Shown here piece by piece: positions 27,969 to 36,791 of a stretch of 64,000 bases of DNA (within the stretch, counting starts at the first letter, position 1; every line of letters starts with the position of its first letter). The notes under the pieces are model-generated. The model saw nothing but the letters and a program-made list of their open reading frames with translations, was not told the DNA's origin and ran no database searches. Source of the DNA: an uncultured Actinomycetota bacterium (GTDB lineage Bacteria > Actinomycetota > Actinomycetes > DATJPE01). The position numbers and the translations under genes were made by a program. The stretch covers positions 963,615 to 1,027,614 of the forward strand of contig CAWFYM010000003.1 in the NCBI GenBank assembly GCA_963820065.1. Direction: 5' to 3'.

Positions 27969-28438
27969 GCGGCTTCACCCACCTGTCCGGAGACGGATCG
28001 GCGCGCATGGTCGACGTCTCGGCGAAGGATGTCACCGCGAGGACCGCGACGGCCACGGGGTGGGTGGCCGTCTCGGCCGAGGTGGTTGGGTTGCTGCGCG
28101 GCAGCGGCGTGCCGAAGGGGGATGCCCTGGCCGTGGCGCGGATCGCGGGCATCCAGGCGGCGAAGCGCACCCCAGACTTGGTTCCCCTGTGCCACCCGAT
28201 CGCGATTCATGGGGTCGACCTGGGGCTTGAGGTGCTCGACGACGGGGTCGCGATACGCGCGACGGTGCGTACGGCCGACCGTACGGGCGTCGAGATGGAG
28301 GCGCTCACCTGCGTCGTGGTGGCGGCGCTGGCGCTGGTCGACATGGTCAAGGCGGTTGATCCGGCGGCCGTGATCGGATCGGTGCAGGTGGAGGAGAAGA
28401 CCGGCGGGGCGAGCGGCCGGTGGGTGCGCGAGCCATGA
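27965..28438 (+). CDS. moaC: cyclic pyranopterin monophosphate synthase MoaC
   Basis: GTGA overlap with the moeA stop. MoaC motifs (MVDVSAK, KGDAL). 157 aa. Confidence 0.9.
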   Translation: MSGFTHLSGDGSARMVDVSAKDVTARTATATGWVAVSAEVVGLLRGSGVPKGDALAVARIAGIQAAKRTPDLVPLCHPIAIHGVDLGLEVLDDGVAIRATVRTADRTGVEMEALTCVVVAALALVDMVKAVDPAAVIGSVQVEEKTGGASGRWVREP

Positions 28439-28941
28439 GCCGCGCGCTCGTCGTGTCGGTCTCGACCCGTGCCGCTGGCGGTGTCTACAGCGATGTCAGC
28501 GGGCCGATCCTGGTCGATGGGCTGCGAGCCCTCGCGCTCGAGCACGACCTCGATCTCGCCGTCGACGGCCCCGTGGTGATCCCTGACGGGGAGTCGGTCG
28601 AGGTGGCGTTGCGCAAAGCCGTTGGTTCCGTCGACCTCGTGCTGACGAGTGGGGGCACCGGCCTGAGCCCGACCGACCACACCCCGGAGATGACCCGCCG
28701 CGTCATCGAGCGGGAGGTCCCCGGCCTGGCGGAGTCCATCCGCGCCTACGGAATCAGCCACGGCGTTCCCACCGCCGTGCTGTCGCGCGGGGTGGCCGGT
28801 CTCGCTGGGCGGACCCTCGTCATCAACCTGGCCGGCTCGCCCGGCGCGGCCCGAGACGGGTTGGCGGTGCTCGGACCGCTGCTCGGACATCTCCTCGACC
28901 AGGTCGCAGGTGGCGACCACCCTCGCCAGGCAGAGCCGTGA
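28435..28941 (+). CDS. mog: molybdenum cofactor biosynthesis protein MogA/MoaB family
   Basis: ATGA overlap with the moaC stop. GGTGLSPTD signature. Confidence 0.85.
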   Translation: MSRALVVSVSTRAAGGVYSDVSGPILVDGLRALALEHDLDLAVDGPVVIPDGESVEVALRKAVGSVDLVLTSGGTGLSPTDHTPEMTRRVIEREVPGLAESIRAYGISHGVPTAVLSRGVAGLAGRTLVINLAGSPGAARDGLAVLGPLLGHLLDQVAGGDHPRQAEP

Positions 28942-29543
28942 CCAAGGGTTGGCCGGCCAAGCTCAGCGATGGTGCCGTGCTCTTGCGGCCCATCCGACTT
29001 CGCGACAAGACCACCTGGACCGAGGTACGCGCACGCAATGCCACGTGGCTGCGGCCTTGGGACGCGACGAGCCCGGACGGTCCCGGTGACGCGCTTCCGT
29101 CGTTCGCGGCCATGGTGAGACACCTCTCGGCCGAGGCCAGGGCGTCGCGCGCGATGCCCTTCGTCATCGACTACCAGGGTTCTTTGGTCGGCCAGCTGAC
29201 CGTGGGAGGGATCTCGTGGGGATCCCTGCGCGCGGCGCACGTCGGGTACTGGATCGACGAGGCCGTGGCCGGGCGAGGCATCATGCCGACGGCTGTGGCC
29301 CTGGCCTCCGACCACTGCTGGCAGGGGCTCGGGCTCCATCGCGTGGAGATCAACATCCGACCGGAGAACGTGGCGTCCTGCCGGGTCGTGGAAAAACTGG
29401 GGTTCCGCCTCGAGGGCGTGCGACCGCGCTACCTGCACATCGACGGCGCCTGGCGAGACCACAACACGTACGCACTGCACGCCGAAGAGGTTCCGGGCGG
29501 ACTGCTTCGACGCTGGACGAGGGTGCGCCCCTCAGTGCCCTGA
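28938..29543 (+). CDS. GNAT-family N-acetyltransferase (RimJ-like)
   Basis: GTGA overlap with the mog stop. 201 aa with an acetyltransferase fold (GRGIMPTAV). In the RimJ position of the galU-moeA-rimJ arrangement. Confidence 0.8.
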   Translation: MTKGWPAKLSDGAVLLRPIRLRDKTTWTEVRARNATWLRPWDATSPDGPGDALPSFAAMVRHLSAEARASRAMPFVIDYQGSLVGQLTVGGISWGSLRAAHVGYWIDEAVAGRGIMPTAVALASDHCWQGLGLHRVEINIRPENVASCRVVEKLGFRLEGVRPRYLHIDGAWRDHNTYALHAEEVPGGLLRRWTRVRPSVP

Positions 29544-29569
29544 CGGACGGTTTGTGCGGCGACGAGCGC

Positions 29570-29791
29570 TCAGGGCATCGACGGGCTAGGCGAGGAGCGG
29601 ACCGCGGCGAGAGCGATCGGGTCGAGCCCGGTGCCGTCGGCGTCGACGTAGGCCCGAAGCTCGGCGCGCATGGTGGGCGCCCAGAACAGACGAAGGTGTG
29701 CGGCCACTTCCTCGACGGACTGGTCGAACGGGTGGTGCGCAACGTTGGCGGCGATCTGGTTGGCCATCCGCACCAGGCTGTCCACCGCCAC
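29570..29791 (-). CDS. fdsD: formate dehydrogenase delta subunit FdsD-like
   Basis: 73-aa ORF 3 nt downstream of fdsA. Contains MANQIAANVAHH. Both position and size fit FdsD. Confidence 0.55.
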   Translation of the reverse strand: MAVDSLVRMANQIAANVAHHPFDQSVEEVAAHLRLFWAPTMRAELRAYVDADGTGLDPIALAAVRSSPSPSMP

Positions 29792-29794
29792 GGC

Positions 29795-32623
29795 TCAGAC
29801 CGTCCCCGCGACGACCTGCGTCGGTCGATCGGCAGCGGGCTTCACCGGCACGGTCTGCAACGACACCTGCACAGCGGTCACCTTGTATTCCGGACAGTTG
29901 GTGGCCCAGTCCGAGTAGTCGGTGGTGACCACGTTCGCCCCGCTGACCGGGTGGTGGAAGGTCGTGTAGACGACACCAGGCGTCATCCGGTCGCTGATCC
30001 GCGCGTGCAGCAGGGTCTCGCCGACCCGGCTCACGACGCGCACCGTGGATCCGTCGGTGATGCCACGGTCCTCCGCGTCGTGAGGATGAATCTCGAGCAG
30101 GTCCTCCTCGTGCCACTGCACGTTCTCGGTGCGCCGGGTCTGCGCGCCGACGTTGTACTGCGACAGGATCCGCCCTGTGGTGAGGATCAGGGGGTACTTC
30201 CTGCTGCTCCGCTCATCCGTGGGTACGAACGGCGTCTCGACGAAACGCCCCTTTCCGCGCACGAAGGTGTCGATGTGCATGATCGGGGTGCCGTCGGGAG
30301 CCTTGTCGTTGCAGGGCCACTGGATCGAGCCGACCTTGTCGAGATGCTCGAAGGAGACACCCGCAAAGGTCGGGGTCGTGGCCGCGATCTCGTCCATGAT
30401 CTCCGCCCCGTCGGCGTAGGACATCGGGTAACCCATCGCGGTGGCGAGCTCGCAGGCCACCTCCCACTCCTGCTTTCCCGTCTTCGAGGCCATGACGGGA
30501 CGGACGCGGTTGATCCGGCGCTCGGCGTTGGTGAACGTGCCGTCCTTCTCGAGGAAGGACGTGCCAGGGAGGAACACGTGGGCAAAACCCGCGGTCTCGT
30601 TCAAGAACAGGTCCTGCACGACGAGCAGTTCGAGGGACGACAACGCAGCACGGACGTGAGACAGGTTCGGGTCGGACTGCGCAAGGTCCTCGCCCTGTAC
30701 GAACATCGCGCGGTAGGTGCCGGCGATCGCAGCGTCGAACATGTTGGGGATGCGCAGACCCGGCTCAGCCTGGAGGGGCCGACCCCACATCTCCTCGTAG
30801 ATCGCTCTCGCGGCCGGATCGGAGACGTGCCGATAGCCAGGCAGCTCGTGCGGGAAGGAGCCCATGTCACATGAGCCCTGCACGTTGTTCTGGCCGCGCA
30901 ACGGATTCACGCCGACGCCGTTGCGTCCCACATTGCCCGTGAGCATGGCGAGGTTGGCCATCCCCATGACCATCGTGGAGCCTTGCGAGTGCTCGGTGAC
31001 CCCGAGGCCGTAGTAGATCGCGGCGTTGCCCCCGGTGGCGTAGAGCCTTGCGGCTCCACGCAGGTCTGCAGCCGGCACCCCGGTCATCGGCTCGGTGGCC
31101 TCGGGGCTGTTCTCCGGTCCGCGCATGAACTCCGCCCACCGGGCGAAGTCGGCGGCGTCGCAGCGTTCGTCGATGTAGGTCTGGTCCTGGAGCCCCTCGG
31201 TGAGGATCACGTGCGCGATCGAGTTGATCAGCGCGACATTGGTCCCCGGCAGGAGTTGCAGGTGGTAGTCGGCCTCGACATGGGGGCTGCGCACGAGGTC
31301 GATCCGTCGAGGATCGGCGACGATCAGCCGCGCACCCGCGCGCAGACGCTGTTTCATCCGTGAGGCGAACACCGGGTGTCCGTCGGTGGGATTGGCGCCG
31401 ATCACCAGGATGACGTCGGCCTCGTCGACCGACTGGAAGTCTTGCGTGCCCGCGGAGGTGCCGAAGGTCTGCTTCAGACCGTAGCCGGTGGGTGAGTGAC
31501 AGACCCGCGCGCAGGTGTCCACGTTGTTGTTGCCGAAGGCCGCCCGGATCATCTTCTGGACGACGTAGACCTCTTCGTTGGTGCAGCGCGAGGACGTGAT
31601 GCCCCCGATGGAGTGGATCCCATGCTCTTGTTGGATCTCGACCAGTCGTCGCGCGGTGAACGAGATGGCTTCGTCCCAGGTCACTTCCTGCCACGGGTCG
31701 GTGATCGACTCGCGCATCATGGGCGCGAGCTGGCGGTCACGGTGGGTGGCGTAGCCCCAGGCGAAGCGACCTTTGACGCAGCTGTGGCCCTCGTTGGCGC
31801 CACCATCCTTGTAGGGCACCATCCGGACGACCTCGTTGCCCGACAACTCCGCCTTGAAGGTGCACCCGACGCCGCAATAGGCGCAGGTCGTGAGCACCGT
31901 GCGTCGCGGAACGCCGATCTCGATGATGGTCTTCTCCTGCAGCGTCGACGTGGGGCAAGCCTGCACACAGGCTCCGCACGACACGCATTCGGAGTCCATG
32001 AAGGTCTTGTCGTCGCTGGCAACGACCTTCGAGTCGAAGCCCCGGCCAGCGATCGTCAGCGCGAACGTGCCTTGGATCTCATCGCAGGCTCGCACGCACC
32101 GAGAGCACGCGATGCACTTGGATTCGTCGAAGGAGAAGTAGGGGTTGGAGTCGTCGGTCGGCGCGTCGAGGTGGTTCTCGCCCTCGTAGCCGTACCGGAC
32201 CTCGCGCAGTCCTACCGCCCCGGCCATGTCCTGCAGCTCGCAGTCGCCGTTGGCCGGGCAGGTGAGGCAGTCGAGCGGATGGTCGGAGATGTAGAGCTCC
32301 ATGACCCCGCGGCGCAGCTTCTCCAGGTGCTCGGTCTGGGTCGAGACCTTCATCCCGGGAGCGACCGGAGTGGTGCACGACGCCGGGGAACCCGGGCGAC
32401 CGTCGATCTCGACGAGGCACAGGCGGCAGGAGCCGAATGCCGCCATGCTGTCGGTCGCGCACAGCTTGGGTACGTCGATCCCGGCCAGGGACGCGGCTCG
32501 CATCACCGACGTGCCTGCGGGCACCGAAACCGGGTGGCCATCCACCTCCAGCTCGACGTCGGCCAGATCCGGCCGGGCGGGGACCGGGGGGGTCCCGTGG
32601 TCGTGCTCCCTGAGCAGCGTCAT
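29795..32623 (-). CDS. fdsA: NAD-dependent formate dehydrogenase alpha subunit (molybdopterin; N-terminal 2Fe-2S and 4Fe-4S domains)
   Basis: 942 aa. N-terminal ferredoxin-like cysteines, CxxCxxxC clusters, and a molybdopterin oxidoreductase body (VCHSPTGYGL...). Its ATG overlaps the fdsB stop (ATGA). Confidence 0.9.
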   Translation of the reverse strand: MTLLREHDHGTPPVPARPDLADVELEVDGHPVSVPAGTSVMRAASLAGIDVPKLCATDSMAAFGSCRLCLVEIDGRPGSPASCTTPVAPGMKVSTQTEHLEKLRRGVMELYISDHPLDCLTCPANGDCELQDMAGAVGLREVRYGYEGENHLDAPTDDSNPYFSFDESKCIACSRCVRACDEIQGTFALTIAGRGFDSKVVASDDKTFMDSECVSCGACVQACPTSTLQEKTIIEIGVPRRTVLTTCAYCGVGCTFKAELSGNEVVRMVPYKDGGANEGHSCVKGRFAWGYATHRDRQLAPMMRESITDPWQEVTWDEAISFTARRLVEIQQEHGIHSIGGITSSRCTNEEVYVVQKMIRAAFGNNNVDTCARVCHSPTGYGLKQTFGTSAGTQDFQSVDEADVILVIGANPTDGHPVFASRMKQRLRAGARLIVADPRRIDLVRSPHVEADYHLQLLPGTNVALINSIAHVILTEGLQDQTYIDERCDAADFARWAEFMRGPENSPEATEPMTGVPAADLRGAARLYATGGNAAIYYGLGVTEHSQGSTMVMGMANLAMLTGNVGRNGVGVNPLRGQNNVQGSCDMGSFPHELPGYRHVSDPAARAIYEEMWGRPLQAEPGLRIPNMFDAAIAGTYRAMFVQGEDLAQSDPNLSHVRAALSSLELLVVQDLFLNETAGFAHVFLPGTSFLEKDGTFTNAERRINRVRPVMASKTGKQEWEVACELATAMGYPMSYADGAEIMDEIAATTPTFAGVSFEHLDKVGSIQWPCNDKAPDGTPIMHIDTFVRGKGRFVETPFVPTDERSSRKYPLILTTGRILSQYNVGAQTRRTENVQWHEEDLLEIHPHDAEDRGITDGSTVRVVSRVGETLLHARISDRMTPGVVYTTFHHPVSGANVVTTDYSDWATNCPEYKVTAVQVSLQTVPVKPAADRPTQVVAGTV

Positions 32624-34158
32624 GATCTGCGTCCTTCCAGATCCTCGGCAAAGTGTTCCACCACACTGCGCACCGGGTTGGGAGTCAGGCCCCCCATGGC
32701 GCACAGCGATCCTTCGGTCATCAGCTCGCACAGGTCGTCGAGCAGCACGAGATTCTTCGCGCGGTCCTCGCCGGCGACGATCCGATCGATGACCTCGACG
32801 CCGCGCACTGCACCGACACGGCACGGGGTGCACTTGCCGCACGACTCCTCCGCGCAGAACTCCATCGCGAAGCGGGCCTGCTGGGCCATGTCCACCGTGT
32901 CGTCGAAGGCCACCACCCCGCCGTGCCCCAGCATGGCGCCAGCCTCGGCGAGGGCTTCGTAGTCCATCGGCAGGCCGAGGCGGTCAGCAGGGAGGTAGGC
33001 CCCCAGCGGTCCGCCCACCTGGACGGCGCGGAGCGGTCGACCCGACCGCGTCCCGCCCCCGTAGTCGTTGACCAGCTCGTCCAGGGTCAGCCCGAACGCC
33101 GTTTCCACGATGCCCCCGCGCTGCAGGTTGCCGGCGAGCTGGAAGACCTGGGTGCCGCGCGAGCGACCAGTACCGAGCTCGGCGTATGCCGCGGCCCCGT
33201 GGGTGATGATCCACGGCACGGCGGCCAGCGACAGCACGTTGTTGACCGCCGTCGGCCGGCCGAACAGACCCTCGATGGCTGGCAGCGGGGGCTTGGCGCG
33301 CACCATGCCGCGTCGACCCTCGAGGCTGTCGAGCATGGCCGTCTCTTCACCGCAGATGTAGGCGCCCGCACCCACCCGTACCTCGAGGTCGAAGCGGTGG
33401 CCGCTTCCCAGGACGTCGTCGCCGAGCCAGCCCTCGGCGTAGGCGGAGGTGATCGCCGCGCGCATCGTGGCGATGGCGTCGGGATACTCCGACCGGATGT
33501 AGATCAAGCCTTCCGTAGCCGCCACAGCTCGGGAGGCGATGGTCATGGACTCGATCAGCAGGAAGGGGTCGCCCTCCATGAGCATCCGATCGGCGAACGT
33601 GCCGCTGTCGCCTTCGTCGGCGTTGCACACCACGAACTTCACGTCGGAGGGGCTGTCGAGGACCGTGCGCCACTTGATCCCGGTGGGGAAACCGGCACCG
33701 CCGCGACCGCGCAAGCCAGAGTCAGCGACGATCGCGCACAGCCGTTCGGGGTCGGTGGCCAGAGCTGTGCGCAGGGCGTCGTTACCGCCGTACGCGAGAA
33801 AGTCGCTGGTGGACAGGGGATCGGTCACACCGACTCGCTCGAAGGTGAGGCGCTGCTGCCGGGCCAGCCACGGGATGGCGTCGGTGAGCCCGTGGTGGAG
33901 CGGGTGGTCGGCTCCCTCCAGGAACCCTGTGTCGAACAAGCCAGGCACGTCGGCGGGGGTTACCGGGCCGAAGGCGATGCGCCCGCCCGCGGTGACGACT
34001 TCAACGAGCGGTTCGAGCCACAACAACCCGCGTGAGCCGTTGCGGACGACCTGGACGTCGGCACCCCGCTCGTCGGCTTCTCCCGCGATCGCGGTCGCGA
34101 CCTGGTCAGCGCCGACCGACCGCGACGAGGAGTCACCGGGGACGAAGACCGTGGTCAC
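32620..34158 (-). CDS. fdsB: formate dehydrogenase beta subunit (NuoF-like NAD/FMN-binding 51-kDa type)
   Basis: 512 aa. GRGGAGFPTG FMN site, NAD-binding glycine-rich loop, and C-terminal 4Fe-4S motif ESCGKCTPCR. Confidence 0.9.
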   Translation of the reverse strand: MTTVFVPGDSSSRSVGADQVATAIAGEADERGADVQVVRNGSRGLLWLEPLVEVVTAGGRIAFGPVTPADVPGLFDTGFLEGADHPLHHGLTDAIPWLARQQRLTFERVGVTDPLSTSDFLAYGGNDALRTALATDPERLCAIVADSGLRGRGGAGFPTGIKWRTVLDSPSDVKFVVCNADEGDSGTFADRMLMEGDPFLLIESMTIASRAVAATEGLIYIRSEYPDAIATMRAAITSAYAEGWLGDDVLGSGHRFDLEVRVGAGAYICGEETAMLDSLEGRRGMVRAKPPLPAIEGLFGRPTAVNNVLSLAAVPWIITHGAAAYAELGTGRSRGTQVFQLAGNLQRGGIVETAFGLTLDELVNDYGGGTRSGRPLRAVQVGGPLGAYLPADRLGLPMDYEALAEAGAMLGHGGVVAFDDTVDMAQQARFAMEFCAEESCGKCTPCRVGAVRGVEVIDRIVAGEDRAKNLVLLDDLCELMTEGSLCAMGGLTPNPVRSVVEHFAEDLEGRRS

Positions 34159-34679
34159 GAAACACCGTCCTGGCCCGCGCGTGCCACAGCCACGAGTTCG
34201 TCCAGGCGCGCGCTGTCGACCCGACCGTGCAGCCGACCGTTGACGGTGGCGGAGGGTCCGAGGGCGCAGTTGCCCAGACAGAACACCTGATCGAGGGAGA
34301 CGGCGCCGTCGGGCGAGGTGCCACCGAGCTGGGCTCCCAGCGCACGCTGCGCGTGCTCGACCAGCGCGTGGGCACCAACCGACTGGCAGGCCTCGGCGCG
34401 GCAGACCTGCACCGTGACCGGGGCGGGCGGCGCCGACCGGAAGTCTCGATAGAAGGTGATGACGCCATAGACGTCGGCCCGGGAGAGATTGAGCTCACGC
34501 GCGATCAGAGGGACCGCCTCGCGAGGCACGTATCCCAGCGCCTCCTGGAGGTCGTGGAGCACGACCATCAAGGGTCCGCGGGCGCCGCGGTGCCGCTCCA
34601 CGATCGCGGTCACCTGCTCGTCGAGGCCGCGCAGCGGGTTGCCTTGATCGGTCGCCGGAGCCGGCGTTGCGGCGCTCAT
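34155..34679 (-). CDS. fdsG: formate dehydrogenase gamma subunit (NuoE-like 2Fe-2S thioredoxin-fold)
   Basis: Internal ATG start, 174 aa. NuoE-like cysteines (CRAEAC...CLGNC). ATGA overlap with fdsB. The longer ORF-track frame runs through the promoter tandem repeat and was rejected. Confidence 0.85.
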   Translation of the reverse strand: MSAATPAPATDQGNPLRGLDEQVTAIVERHRGARGPLMVVLHDLQEALGYVPREAVPLIARELNLSRADVYGVITFYRDFRSAPPAPVTVQVCRAEACQSVGAHALVEHAQRALGAQLGGTSPDGAVSLDQVFCLGNCALGPSATVNGRLHGRVDSARLDELVAVARAGQDGVS

Positions 34680-34785
34680 GGTCACCCGCTCTCCGGTGAG
34701 GTCATGGAGTGAGCCTGTCAGAGGCGGCGAGCTGAGCGCCGCCCCTACCCAGTGTCGACCATGTCCGCCCCGGCGTCCCCCTGTC

Positions 34786-34860
34786 TCCGTACGCCCGACC
34801 TCCGTACGCCCGACCTCCGTACGCCCGACCTCCGTACGCCCGACCTCCGTACGCCCGACC
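34786..34860. repeat. five perfect tandem copies of the 15-mer TCCGTACGCCCGACC in the divergent fdsG / membrane-protein promoter region
   Basis: Read directly. Each unit carries the palindrome CGTACG, so the sites sit at a 15-bp (1.5-turn) spacing 107-181 bp upstream of fdsG. Confidence 0.9.
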
Positions 34861-34983
34861 TTGGTCCTGGGCGACCCGCAGGCGACACACCGCTCGGGTT
34901 CCGCGTCCGGGACCTGCCGCGGCCGTACCGTCACTCACCGTGGGCAGCACGCATGTCGCCGGGGCGTCAGGTCGGAGGTCGGC

Positions 34984-35910
34984 GTGCTCTATGCAGTGAT
35001 CATCGTCTTGTGGATCGCGATCCTGCTCCCGATGTGGCTGCGCCGTCACGACGAGGCCCTGGAGTCCCGCTCCGTCGACCGGTTCTCCTCGGCCATGCGC
35101 ACCCTGTCGTCTCGGTCCAGCGCCGATCGTCGCGAGGTGGTCATGCCCGCGCGGCGCGTGGATCCGCTCCATGCAGACGGACCGGCGAGGGCCGTCGCTG
35201 ACGGTCGCGCGGTGCTCGCGGCCCGGAGGCGCCGGTCGCTGGGTGTCGTGCTGGGAGCCACGCTGATCGCGACGGGCCTCGTGCTCCTCGGCTACGTGCA
35301 GCCGTGGGTGCTCGCCCTCCCCGTGGTCGTCCTGGCCGCCTTCGTCTTCCACGTGCGCAGGGATACACGGGCGCGGGCGGCGCTCGACCGCCGCCGGCGG
35401 GCGCAGACCGCCGCCGCGCGCGAACGGGCGCGACGGGCCCCCACGCGTCGGACGGCCGGGTTCGACGTCGAGCAGATCCTTCCCCGTGCTCCGCGCGCGA
35501 GCTCCGGGCCGGAGCGTGTCGAGGTCGTTGAGTCTCCTGCTCCCGAGTTGGTCTCGGCCGCGGTCGCCTCGGCCTCCGAGGTGGTCGACCTGCCCTACGA
35601 CTCCGAAGCCGACCGGGCCTGGGAACCGGTGCCCGTCCCCCTGCCCACCTACGTCACGGCACCCAAGGCCCCTCGATCGGTGCGGGTCATCGATCTGACC
35701 CGGCCAGGTTTGTGGACGTCGGGTCACCTCGACCCCGCGGAAGCCGATCGGCTGATCGCTGAGGCTCTCGAGGGGCCTGACCGCGACCTCGATGATGCTG
35801 GCGACGCGGGGGCGTCGTCGGCCAGCGCCGTCCGCCATGAAGCCACCGATGGTGAGGGCATCGTGACCGGTGAACTCGTCATCGAGCGACGCCGCGTGGT
35901 GAACGAGTAG
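34984..35910 (+). CDS. hypothetical membrane protein (two predicted TM helices, Arg/Ala-rich linker, acidic C-terminus)
   Basis: GTG start. TM1 LYAVIIVLWIAILLPMWL, TM2 VVLGATLIATGLVLLGYVQPWVLALPVVVLAAFVF. Confidence 0.55.
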   Translation: MLYAVIIVLWIAILLPMWLRRHDEALESRSVDRFSSAMRTLSSRSSADRREVVMPARRVDPLHADGPARAVADGRAVLAARRRRSLGVVLGATLIATGLVLLGYVQPWVLALPVVVLAAFVFHVRRDTRARAALDRRRRAQTAAARERARRAPTRRTAGFDVEQILPRAPRASSGPERVEVVESPAPELVSAAVASASEVVDLPYDSEADRAWEPVPVPLPTYVTAPKAPRSVRVIDLTRPGLWTSGHLDPAEADRLIAEALEGPDRDLDDAGDAGASSASAVRHEATDGEGIVTGELVIERRRVVNE

Positions 35911-35996
35911 TTCCCAGCTGGCCCGGGCGAGGTCCGTAGCGCCGCTGGTTGCTGATTCGGGGGCGTCGCGGTTGCGCTGTTACCCTGACCGACTCT

Positions 35997-36072
<76 letters not shown>

Positions 36073-36110
36073 CAGAAGAGCGGCGGCGCCAATCGTCGCG
36101 TGCCGGCCTG

Positions 36111-36668
36111 CTAGTGGGGCTTGAGCAGGATCTGCAACGAGATGACCATCAGGCCGACGAACCCCCCGCCCACGGCGGTCGCGACGCGCCGCCAGCCTCG
36201 GATCCCCGCCCTAGCCGCGGCGAGCCCGGTGAGGGCCACCAGGGTGATCACCCCTGTCCAGAGCAGCACGGAGATGGTGCTGCGAGGGTTCATGGGACTG
36301 ACCCAGCCGAAGCCCAGAATCAGCAACGGAGGGACCGTCGCCAGCAGGAACGACACCTGGGCGACAAGGACCTCGCGCCACTCCGAGCGGGTCAGAGGTC
36401 GTTGGTGCTCGGCGTGCCTGCTGATGGACTCGGAGAACAAGTGGGCCGCCGCCAGCGCGATGATCGGGCTCACGGTCACGATCGCCACGCCCGCGAACGT
36501 GGCCAGCTGCTGCCACCCGTCGTAGACGACGAGCACCGACATCAACACGATCGTGGCGTAGGTCAACCGTTCGAGGCTGACGCGGAGCGCGCCCAGGGCG
36601 ATCTCGTCGCTGTTGCGCTGCGCCACCCCGTCCGCCACCGGGTCACTGTCCCACGCGTGCCGTCGCAT
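36111..36668 (-). CDS. hypothetical integral membrane protein (about 185 aa, 4-5 TM helices)
   Basis: Internal ATG start. A hydrophobic C-terminal two thirds. The longer ORF extension is Arg/Gly-rich and overlaps the sulfatase promoter. Confidence 0.5.
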   Translation of the reverse strand: MRRHAWDSDPVADGVAQRNSDEIALGALRVSLERLTYATIVLMSVLVVYDGWQQLATFAGVAIVTVSPIIALAAAHLFSESISRHAEHQRPLTRSEWREVLVAQVSFLLATVPPLLILGFGWVSPMNPRSTISVLLWTGVITLVALTGLAAARAGIRGWRRVATAVGGGFVGLMVISLQILLKPH

Positions 36669-36791
36669 GAGGTTCTGGGTTGCGTCAAACGCTCGGGCAC
36701 AGCACGCGTCGCGGCTCGTCCGACCCGTGGCTAGAGTCGGTTTCTCCACCAGTGCGGGCCAAGCCCGGCGAGCCTTGGGAGTTGACCGTCG

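Noticed and set aside
32624-32842. A 73-aa N-terminal extension of fdsA, and the analogous extensions of fdsG (to 34934), mtnP (to 22609), MTHFS (to 26025), the pmt gene (to 40950) and the arsC gene (to 52741)
   Set aside because: The extensions overlap upstream genes or repeats and are low-complexity. Internal ATGs give proteins of family-typical length, often with ATGA stop/start overlaps.
34786-34860. The tandem 15-mer array considered as a CRISPR array
   Set aside because: The units abut directly with no spacers, are only 15 bp long, and there are no cas genes. It is a simple tandem repeat, not a CRISPR.
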